19,429 nt of DNA from Candidatus Sulfobium sp. Lineage in GTDB: Bacteria > Nitrospirota > Thermodesulfovibrionia > Thermodesulfovibrionales > UBA6898. The stretch spans positions 68,755-88,183 of the forward strand of contig JARRRI010000051.1 in NCBI GenBank assembly GCA_037380845.1, given 5' to 3'. This document shows, piece after piece, positions 7,616 to 15,508 of this stretch (the stretch's first letter is position 1; each line of letters begins with the position of its first letter). The notes under the pieces were generated by a model, which was given only the letters and a program-made list of their open reading frames with translations, ran no database searches and was not told where the DNA came from. A program made the translations under genes and the position numbers.

Positions 7616-10420
7616 GTGGATCGGTCGCCAGAAAAGAAGACAGCCGGCATCGGAAAAAAGAAGATGACTGCCACGCGGAAGAAGACTGATATCACTTTGC
7701 TGCTGCGTACGCCGCTTATTCATATTTTGTTTATTGCGGCACTTGGTTTTTTAGTTTACTCCAATACTTTCTATTCTTCTTTTCATTGGGATGATTCACC
7801 TCAGATATCTCATAATACTGTAATAAAAGACATCCGGAACTTTACTTCGAACACGAAGGGATATGACTTCAATCCCCGGCGTTTCGCAGGTTATTTCAGT
7901 TTTGCCCTGAATTATTACCTGGGGGGCGGATCGGTGACCGGCTACCACATAGTGAATTTCGTCATCCACCTGATCAATGCCTTCCTTGTCTACTTTCTTG
8001 TGATGTTGACATTTAAAACCCCGTACTTCAGCAATCAGCAGTCAGCGACCGGCGATAGGCAGGCGGTACCGCGCAATAACCCCCCTCTGTCCCCCCCTAA
8101 GTTAAGGGGGGATGAAGGGGGGTTAAACTTCCCCGATTCGCGATTCACGATTCACGATCAACGGCCGTTTATAGCCCTTTTTTCGGCGCTGCTTTTTGTC
8201 TCGCATCCGCTGCAGACCGAGGCTGTGACCTATATTGTCCAGAGACTCGCATCACTCGCCACGCTGTTTTATCTCCTGTCTCTGGTGCTCTATATAAAAG
8301 GGAGGCTGGAGGTTGGAGGAAGAGGATCGGAAGGCGAATCCGTTAAATCCTCGCACCCCATACCTCATACCAAATACGTATTTTATTCTTTGTCGCTAAT
8401 TTCCGCTGTTCTCGCCATGAAGACCAAGGAGATAGCCTTCACCCTTCCTGTAATTATAGTTTTATATGAATTCGCTTTCTTCAAGTCATCGCCGAAGAAG
8501 AAGCTGCTTCTGCTTCTGCCTGTGGTGCTCACATTGTTGATAATTCCTTTGAGCGTTCTGCACAGCGGCAAGCCCCTCGGAGAGATACTGTCCGATGTGA
8601 CACAACAGACAAGGGTCCAGACAAGCATGTCGCGGTGGGATTACCTGATGACTCAGGCGGGTGTGATAACAACTTATCTGAGACTCATTTTTTTCCCGGT
8701 CAACCAGAATCTGGATTACGACTATCCGCTTTACCATTCATTATTCGCGCCGCGCGTATTCCTCTCGCTCCTGTCCCTTCTGGCGGTCTTCGGACTCGCG
8801 GTGTACCTGTTTTACAAGAGCCGGCAGGCCGGTGAGCCGGCAAGCCGTCAAGAAGAGGAGAAGGAAAGCAGTCTGGAGGATGGAGGTTTGATGCCTGAGC
8901 ACGGAAGTCCTTCCCTCCGACCTCCAACCTCAAACCTTTATCGTCTCATCTCTTTCGGCATCTTCTGGTTCTTCATAGCGCTGTCGGTCGAGTCGAGCAT
9001 CATCCCCATCGTGGACGTGATATTTGAGCATCGCGTCTACCTCCCGTCGGTGGGCCTTTTTATCGCGATAACGACGGGTGTGTTCGTCGTGGCGGGCAGG
9101 TTTAAGAAGGAGAAGGTCCTTGTGGCGGCCCTGGTCCTCGTGCTGGCGCTATTTTCAGGTATCACCTATGCAAGGAATTCAGTATGGAAGAATGAAACCA
9201 GCCTGTGGGAGGACGTGGTGCGCAAGAGTCCCGACAAGGCTCGTCCCCACAGCAACCTCGGATATTTTTACATGGGAGAGGGGCTCCTGGATAAGGCACA
9301 TAAAGAGTTGCTGGCTGCCTTGAGAATCAACCCCGGATATGTGGAAGCGCACACCAGCCTCGGGAATGTCTATTTCTTGCAGGGAAAGAGAGATGACGCA
9401 CTCAGGGAACTGCAGACTGCCTTAAAGCTGAATCCGGGCTATACGGAGGCGCACATAGATCTTGGAAACCTGTATTCTGCTGAAGGCAGTCTGGATAAGG
9501 CCCTCGGGCAATATGAGGCTGTCCTCAAACGCAATCCGGACCATGTGGAGGCTCATATCAGTCTCGGAAATGTCTACCTTATGAAAGGCCGCAAAGACGA
9601 GGCCCTCCGCGAGTATAAGACTGCGTTGAGGCTTAGCCCGGACGATTTTCAGGCACATAATAATCTCGGTAATCTTTATTTCATGCAGGGCCGGCTGGAC
9701 CAGGCCATCGAGGAATATCAGACAGCTCTGAAACTCAATCCCGGCGCCGACCGGACGCGTAAGAACCTTATGACCGCCTATCGGAAACAGGGCCGTCTGG
9801 ATGAAACTGCCGGAAAAGACCGGGGCACCGGCGTTAAGCCGGATACCGGCCCCGCTCAAGACCACATCAATCTTGCAAACATTTATTACAGACAGGGCCG
9901 CCTGGATGAGGCCGTTAAGGAATATGGGGACTTCCTGAAGCTGAACCCCGATTCCGTTGAAGCTCACAACAACCTCGGGAACATCTATTACAAGCAGGGT
10001 CTTCTCGATAAGGCCCTGGCTGAATATCGGACTGCATTAAGACTCCGCCCGGGTTCTGCTGAAGTGCATAACAATCTCGGCAAGATATACGGCAGGCAGG
10101 GCCGCCTGGATGAGGCCCTCAAGGAATTCCAGGCCGCAGTCAGTCTCATTCCTGATTTCGCCGATGCTCATAACATGCTCGGCAATGTTTATGGCCTTCA
10201 GGGAGACCTTGAAAAGGCCCTGAAGGAATATGAGACGGCATTAAAGCTGGACCCTGGTTCCGCCGACTCGCACAACAACCTGGGGACCATCTATTACAGA
10301 CAGGGCCGGCTTGACAAGGCGCTCAGGGAATTTCAGACTGCGTTAAGGCTCGAACCCGACAATCGCGGGGCACGCAGGAATCTGGAAATGCTTTATAAGA
10401 AAAAGGGAACCGGACGATGA
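7616..10420 (+). CDS. TMTC-like membrane glycosyltransferase (GT-C) with ~11 C-terminal TPRs, paralog 1
   Basis: YSNTF..F.WDD, GYHIVN..IH.IN, HPLQTEAVTYIVQR, KTKE, P.NQNLDY, EHRVYLPS and RNSVWKNETSLW motifs, then HNNLG-type TPRs. Start is GTG 7616 or ATG 7664. Confidence 0.9.
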   Translation: MDRSPEKKTAGIGKKKMTATRKKTDITLLLRTPLIHILFIAALGFLVYSNTFYSSFHWDDSPQISHNTVIKDIRNFTSNTKGYDFNPRRFAGYFSFALNYYLGGGSVTGYHIVNFVIHLINAFLVYFLVMLTFKTPYFSNQQSATGDRQAVPRNNPPLSPPKLRGDEGGLNFPDSRFTIHDQRPFIALFSALLFVSHPLQTEAVTYIVQRLASLATLFYLLSLVLYIKGRLEVGGRGSEGESVKSSHPIPHTKYVFYSLSLISAVLAMKTKEIAFTLPVIIVLYEFAFFKSSPKKKLLLLLPVVLTLLIIPLSVLHSGKPLGEILSDVTQQTRVQTSMSRWDYLMTQAGVITTYLRLIFFPVNQNLDYDYPLYHSLFAPRVFLSLLSLLAVFGLAVYLFYKSRQAGEPASRQEEEKESSLEDGGLMPEHGSPSLRPPTSNLYRLISFGIFWFFIALSVESSIIPIVDVIFEHRVYLPSVGLFIAITTGVFVVAGRFKKEKVLVAALVLVLALFSGITYARNSVWKNETSLWEDVVRKSPDKARPHSNLGYFYMGEGLLDKAHKELLAALRINPGYVEAHTSLGNVYFLQGKRDDALRELQTALKLNPGYTEAHIDLGNLYSAEGSLDKALGQYEAVLKRNPDHVEAHISLGNVYLMKGRKDEALREYKTALRLSPDDFQAHNNLGNLYFMQGRLDQAIEEYQTALKLNPGADRTRKNLMTAYRKQGRLDETAGKDRGTGVKPDTGPAQDHINLANIYYRQGRLDEAVKEYGDFLKLNPDSVEAHNNLGNIYYKQGLLDKALAEYRTALRLRPGSAEVHNNLGKIYGRQGRLDEALKEFQAAVSLIPDFADAHNMLGNVYGLQGDLEKALKEYETALKLDPGSADSHNNLGTIYYRQGRLDKALREFQTALRLEPDNRGARRNLEMLYKKKGTGR
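8077..8125. repeat. 49-bp imperfect palindrome (REP-like) in frame within the CDS
   Basis: TAACCCCCCTCTGTCCCCCCCTAAGTTAAGGGGGGATGAAGGGGGGTTA; homologous to 18355..18520. Confidence 0.85.
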
Positions 10421-10517
10421 TAACTGTTCCTGTGCCCTTTATTCCCGCTTTTTGATCCGTATTTCCGCAAGGTACTGAAAAAGACTTACCCCAGATTATT
10501 CATAAAATGTGGTAGAC

Positions 10518-10667
10518 GCGAAAGGACACAGTATTTTCGCTCATTCTCGGTCGTTACGACCTCCGAGGAACTTGCCCTCTTTATTTCGGGATACACAATG
10601 TCTGAATATCGGGCAAGTAAAACCCTGCCTGCCGGCAGGCAGGCACTCAAACGCTATGTCCTTTCGC
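10518..10667. other. Structured intergenic element (multi-stem; ncRNA or MITE-like) containing a perfect 20-bp palindrome
   Basis: Closing stem GCGAAAGGACACAGT/GCTATGTCCTTTCGC; inner stems CTCGG/CCGAG and ACTTGCCC/GGGCAAGT; CCTGCCTGCCGGCAGGCAGG at 10624..10643. Confidence 0.5.
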
Positions 10668-10923
10668 CATGCAGGAAGATTTGCGAATAAAGCGGGTTAA
10701 TTTTTTTGCGACCCCGGCCGGCGTTGCCACAAGCACGATTCTCTGCTTTGTCGGCATATCCTCTGGAATCATGCCCGTTATTTCAGAACGATTACCGTCG
10801 ATGGCCGTAAAACGTGAGACGTAGGACGCCAGACGTACTTCTCGCCGGCTTGCCGGCCGGAGCGACTCCTCGAGGAGCCGCTTCAGACTTTCCGGCCTCC
10901 CTGTCATGCTCTCTGCGCTGTAC

Positions 10924-11970
10924 TCAGAAAAGTGCCTTGATCCCTTCTCCCTTCTTCAACGTAACCTCTATCTTTGCGCTTTTCTTCAACCCCTTCTCCC
11001 ATTCTTCCTTTCTCTTTTCGATCGCCTGGTTCATCAGCCTCTGCCCGATGATATGTTTCGCCTCTTTGAAGGTCATGATTCTCGCGGGGCTTTTGCTCCC
11101 TGCTTTTACGATATGAAGGCCGTCCCTTTCCTGGATTATCCCGCTCACGTCACCTGATTTCATGCCGGAGAGACTGTCGTATATATTGGGGAACATATTC
11201 CTGGTCACAGGGATTTTTCTTATTACAAAGCTACCGTCCGAAGCCAGTCTGGAAAAGTCATTACCACCGGCTTTTATACCGGCAAGGACCTTCTTCGCTT
11301 TTTCCATTGTCTTTTCGTCTTTTTTGCCGCCGGCAAAGAACAGGTCTTCTGCATTGTAAGCTTCCGGCATCACAAAGGATTTCTTCTCCCTCGTATAAAT
11401 TTCCTTCAGCTGCTTCTCATCAGGCTTGACATCCTCTGCCTTCCGGAAGATCTCCTTTTTGGTGATCTGCCGGAACAGATTGTCTTCAGCGATCAACTTT
11501 TTGAACTGGGCTTCGGTGAGCGCCTGTGATACCAGATACGCCTCGTAGGCCTTATCCGAGCCGGCCCTGGCTTTAAATTTCCTGACCGCGTCATCCACTA
11601 CCTGCTGACTTACTTTCATGCCTTGCCTTTTTGCTTCCTGTACGGCCAGTTTTCGAAATATCAGAATGTCGAGGGCCTCTTTTCTTACCGCGGCGTTTAT
11701 TTCGGGAGTCGAATGCCCGCCCGGCTTCACGTATTTAGGACCGATCATGTTCATCTCGCGAATGAGGTCGTTCATGGTAATAGTGTCTTTGTCTACCCTG
11801 GCCACGATTACTTTTTCTGATTTCGCAAGATCTTTCTTCATCCCTTCAACCATCTTTTCGTGGTCCGGAGGAACGCTTTTTCCTGCTTTCGGCTGCTCCT
11901 TCCTGCTGCATGAACCGAGACTGAAGATTACCAAGAGAGCCGCCGCCAATATGAGAAAACTTTTCTTCAT
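10924..11970 (-). CDS. SurA-N/PpiC-type (PrsA-like) chaperone/peptidyl-prolyl isomerase lipoprotein
   Basis: Lipobox LGSC, IVARVD..TIT..DL, ALDILIFRKLAVQEAKRQG, degenerate parvulin (GNDFSRLA, GDVSGII...GLHIVK) and LKKSAKIEV tail. Confidence 0.85.
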   Translation of the reverse strand: MKKSFLILAAALLVIFSLGSCSRKEQPKAGKSVPPDHEKMVEGMKKDLAKSEKVIVARVDKDTITMNDLIREMNMIGPKYVKPGGHSTPEINAAVRKEALDILIFRKLAVQEAKRQGMKVSQQVVDDAVRKFKARAGSDKAYEAYLVSQALTEAQFKKLIAEDNLFRQITKKEIFRKAEDVKPDEKQLKEIYTREKKSFVMPEAYNAEDLFFAGGKKDEKTMEKAKKVLAGIKAGGNDFSRLASDGSFVIRKIPVTRNMFPNIYDSLSGMKSGDVSGIIQERDGLHIVKAGSKSPARIMTFKEAKHIIGQRLMNQAIEKRKEEWEKGLKKSAKIEVTLKKGEGIKALF

Positions 11971-12367
11971 TCTGCATCTCCTTAATCGTAACTTTGATTC
12001 ACAAAAAGTATTTGTAGTATAACCGCGCGGAAAACAATTTTGCTACCGGAAGCCGTCGCGACACTTATCATGGCACTGTTACCGGCTACTGCCGTGAGCC
12101 CGGCAGGCCTGCCCCATCGGCCTTTGCCTGAAACGGCGGCAGTAATCGGGCATCCGTCGCCCAGATGAAGGAAGAAAATCTGAATTCCCGGTGGGAATGA
12201 GGACTAAGAGATTCGACATATTTAAAGACGTAAGAATTGTTTGACGACAACCCTGGCCTATCAGCTAGAGAATATGGTATGATTATTGCTGATACAGAAT
12301 CACTGCTACCCTTTATTGATAAACTGTCGAACACACAAGGACAAAAAGCCCAGTTAAGGAGGAGAAG

Positions 12368-13696
12368 ATGTTTTTGAACAGACTTTTAAAAGGGAGTGCC
12401 ATAGCCGGCATTGGATTGCTTCTCACGTTTCTGTCCATCAGCGCCAGTGCCGAGACCTATTCGTTTCGAAACCAGATAGATCACGGACTGAGCGCGCCCC
12501 TTGATGTGGCTGTTGGGCGTGACGGCAGAGCATATATTGCGGATCAGTCAAACTTCCGCATACTGCAGGTCGACGAATACGACAATTTTGCAAACCAATG
12601 TCTGTTTGGTCAGTCTGTTTTCCCGCTTGCCTTAGCAGTGGATCCTGGCGGAGGAGTATATTATGCAACGAGGTTCAGCGGAACGCAGGGCGATATTATC
12701 AGGTTCAATTCTCTTCACAGCTGTCTTGATTCCACCGAAATCGGCACACCGACACAGCTTATCGCCCCTTTTGGAATTGCTGTCGCTCCCGACGGCAGCT
12801 TCTTTGTTTCGGACAGCTACAACAACAGGATAGAGAAATTCGATCCAGCCGGCAACTTTGTCAAGGCGTGGGGGACACTTGGAAATGCCGTCCCGGATCC
12901 CGATTTATGTCAAAGCGGCATGACGGAATTCTGCGACGCCCAGTTCTATTTTCCTAAGGGGCTGGCAGTCCTTCCTTTCGGCGGTACCAACTATCTGATA
13001 GTGGCAGACACGAGTAACAACAGGCTGCAAGTATTTGATATGGACGGGAATTTTTTGGCGGCCGCAGGTTCGTTGGGAGCGGGTGAGTTCAATTCGCCAG
13101 ACGGCGTTGCCGTGGGTCCTGATGGGAATCTTTATATTTCCGACACCGGCAATAACAGAATTTTGAAATTTTCTCTGGGCGACGGCTCTATCTCAGAGGT
13201 CGATGACGGGACCGTTTCAACTCCGGAAGGTCTCGCAGTGGATCAGGGTGGTAATGTGTATGTAGCTGACAGCGATAATAACAGGGTCGCGGTTTTTACC
13301 CCGGATGTCGTGGTGTTCGAAAATGGCTCATCGAGCAAGGTCATAACGGGAAATGACCCCTTTGGCGCGGTTTTCAGTATTGTCCCCGATGTCTATTGGC
13401 AGAATGCGCCTGAGTTTGAGCTCTATCTTTGGCTTGAGGCCTTTGGTGTGAAGGCTTATTGGGCCGGTCTTCCGCTCGATTTGGTGGTGTTCAGTTTGCC
13501 AACGGAGATGAAACCGCTGGCATCGGTGCAGGCCGGTGTTCCGGCAGTCAATAACCTGAACCTGACGTTTCTCAATGATTCCAGCGTGGTGCTGCCCGGT
13601 ACATACACGCTCCATCTCTGTCTCGACAGGGATGTAAACGGAACATACAATCCTTCGGCGTCAGTCTGTGGCAGTATAGATATCGTGCGCCAATAG
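12368..13696 (+). CDS. Secreted NHL-repeat beta-propeller protein with an additional C-terminal domain
   Basis: SD AAGGAGG, signal peptide ending ASA, six P.G.AV..DG..Y.AD..N.RI repeats. Confidence 0.9.
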   Translation: MFLNRLLKGSAIAGIGLLLTFLSISASAETYSFRNQIDHGLSAPLDVAVGRDGRAYIADQSNFRILQVDEYDNFANQCLFGQSVFPLALAVDPGGGVYYATRFSGTQGDIIRFNSLHSCLDSTEIGTPTQLIAPFGIAVAPDGSFFVSDSYNNRIEKFDPAGNFVKAWGTLGNAVPDPDLCQSGMTEFCDAQFYFPKGLAVLPFGGTNYLIVADTSNNRLQVFDMDGNFLAAAGSLGAGEFNSPDGVAVGPDGNLYISDTGNNRILKFSLGDGSISEVDDGTVSTPEGLAVDQGGNVYVADSDNNRVAVFTPDVVVFENGSSSKVITGNDPFGAVFSIVPDVYWQNAPEFELYLWLEAFGVKAYWAGLPLDLVVFSLPTEMKPLASVQAGVPAVNNLNLTFLNDSSVVLPGTYTLHLCLDRDVNGTYNPSASVCGSIDIVRQ

Positions 13697-13749
13697 TTTC
13701 CAACGCTTCCCGTTGAAAGGATTAGTGGCGGGTGGTGGAATGATAGTAG

Positions 13750-13779
13750 GAAGGCGGTTTTCTTACCGCCTTCTTTTTT
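13750..13779 (+). terminator. Rho-independent terminator
   Basis: GAAGGCGGT-loop-ACCGCCTTC followed by a T-run, downstream of the NHL gene. Confidence 0.8.
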
Positions 13780-13905
13780 ACAGATCAGGCGAATTCTGTG
13801 TCAACCGGATGATAAGCATATTTTGCGAAAACGCTTCAGGGACCGCGCCCGGAATTTGCAGGGCGTGTCAGTTGTCATGACCGCACCAGAACCGCCCATG
13901 ACCTG

Positions 13906-13921
13906 TGGCATATAAATTGCT
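13906..13921 (+). promoter_or_regulatory. sigma54 -24/-12 promoter
   Basis: TGGCATATAAATTGCT matches GG-N10-GC, 35 nt before the receiver gene ATG. Confidence 0.75.
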
Positions 13922-13956
13922 CCAAGACTATAGAAAAAAGGTGGCAACGAGGGAGA

Positions 13957-14352
13957 ATGAACAGGAGCGTCCTTATAGTAGATGACGACAAATTAACCTG
14001 CTGGGGACTTGAAAAAATAATGTCTACCCATAACTTGCTCATCACCTCGGTGAACAACGGCAGGGACGCCATATCAGAAGTCGTAAGCCGGCCTTTCAAC
14101 TCCGTATTCCTCGATATAAATCTTCCGGACATAAACGGCTTTGATGTTCTTAAGGAGATCAGGAAACTCTCGCCCGCGACGAAGGTTATCGTTATCAGTG
14201 CCGATGATACGGTCTCAAACAGGCAGCGTGCCATGGATGAAGGGTCTTTTCATTTTATGGGGAAACCATTCAGTGTGCCGGAGATTAAGAAGGTAATCAA
14301 CTCCTGCATGTCCGACTCGCAGACAGATCAATGCCGGGAACAGACTATCTGA
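13957..14352 (+). CDS. Single-domain response regulator (receiver)
   Basis: VLIVDDD, FLDINLPDING (phospho-Asp), VISA and KPF motifs; SD GAGGGAG. Confidence 0.9.
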   Translation: MNRSVLIVDDDKLTCWGLEKIMSTHNLLITSVNNGRDAISEVVSRPFNSVFLDINLPDINGFDVLKEIRKLSPATKVIVISADDTVSNRQRAMDEGSFHFMGKPFSVPEIKKVINSCMSDSQTDQCREQTI

Positions 14353-15508
14353 TCTGGAATTTCTTCATCCGGTAGCGAAGCGTGTCGTAGCTAATGTTGA
14401 GAAGACGTGCCGCCTTTCTCATATTGCCCCTTGCCTTGTGCAATGTTTCCTGAATGAGCTTCTTCTCGACATCGTAGAGACATAGGCCTGAATCGGGGAC
14501 AGCCGACAACGACGTCTGTTTTTCGGGGACGAATTCGAGCCTCTGATAAATGTGTTCGGGCTGTATGACATCAGATTTTTCGAGGAGACAGACCTTGGCA
14601 AAGAGGCTCTTCAGTTCTCTCACATTTCCCGGCCAGGAATGCTTTGTAAGGACTTCCATGGCCTCAGGCGATATCTGCATATTCTCGCGTCCGAATTCTT
14701 TTTTCGATGTGGCGAAGAAGTGTTCGGCGAGCAGGGGGATGTCTTCTTTCCTCTCCCTGAGCGGAGCCACGCGGAGACTGAACATGTTCAGCCTGTAAAA
14801 AAGGTCCCGCCTGAACTTGCCTTCCTGCTGAAGCCTGTTGAGGTCCCTGTTTGTGGTGGCTATGACCATGACATCGAAGGGGATCTCTTTCGTGCCCCCT
14901 ATTCGCCGGATAGTCCTGTTTTCGAGGACCCTCAATAGTTTTGCCTGGAGGGATACGTCCATGTCTCCGATTTCATCCAGCACAAGGGTCCCGCCGTCGG
15001 CCTCCTCAAAGAGACCTTTCTTGGTGCCCTTGGCATCCGTGAAAGAACCTTTCTCATGACCGAAGAGCTCACTTTCGAGCAGTCCCTGGGGCAGAGCCGC
15101 GCAGTTGATCGCAATGAAAGGGTTTGAGTATGCCGGGCTGGCGTTATGTATTGCCCGCGAGACGAGTTCCTTCCCCGTGCCGCTTTCTCCGGTTACGAGA
15201 AGATTCTGTACCCTCTGTTCGGCGATTTTCTTGATGTCATCGATCAGATGCTTCACGGAAGATGATTTGCCTATGAGTGTATTGCTGACGGTATCGTCGC
15301 GGTATTGTTCGATGGTCCGTTTCAGCCTCACCGATTCAAGGGCGTTCCTGACGATTATCTTCAGCTTCTCTATTTCGAAAGGTTTGGTTATGTAATCGTA
15401 GGCCCCGAGTTTGAGGGCATTTACCGCTGTCTCCGCCGTGTCATCAGCGGTGAGCATGAGTTCGTCGTCTTCTACAATAAATACCTTATCTTTCTTGCGG
15501 ACCGCCAT
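14345..15508 (-). CDS. sigma54-dependent NtrC-family activator with an internally deleted receiver domain
   Basis: GESGTGKE, INCAA, ESELFGHEKGSFTDA, LDEIG, FRRDLFYRL, WPGNVREL and a Fis HTH. The N-terminus IVEDDELM joins directly to LTADD...KPF. Confidence 0.9.
   Translation of the reverse strand: MAVRKKDKVFIVEDDELMLTADDTAETAVNALKLGAYDYITKPFEIEKLKIIVRNALESVRLKRTIEQYRDDTVSNTLIGKSSSVKHLIDDIKKIAEQRVQNLLVTGESGTGKELVSRAIHNASPAYSNPFIAINCAALPQGLLESELFGHEKGSFTDAKGTKKGLFEEADGGTLVLDEIGDMDVSLQAKLLRVLENRTIRRIGGTKEIPFDVMVIATTNRDLNRLQQEGKFRRDLFYRLNMFSLRVAPLRERKEDIPLLAEHFFATSKKEFGRENMQISPEAMEVLTKHSWPGNVRELKSLFAKVCLLEKSDVIQPEHIYQRLEFVPEKQTSLSAVPDSGLCLYDVEKKLIQETLHKARGNMRKAARLLNISYDTLRYRMKKFQIR

Noticed and set aside
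8030..8167. Intein or self-splicing intron explanation for the TMTC inserts
   Set aside because: They are too short, have no C/S...HN intein ends and no group I/II intron motifs, and all remain translatable in frame.
12070..12150. Possible riboswitch or sigma54 promoter between the SurA-like and NHL genes
   Set aside because: A ~13-bp stem (12082-12094/12137-12149) and a GGCAGGCCTGCC palindrome exist, but I see no recognisable riboswitch consensus, and the TGGCAC...GC spacing is 11 rather than 10.
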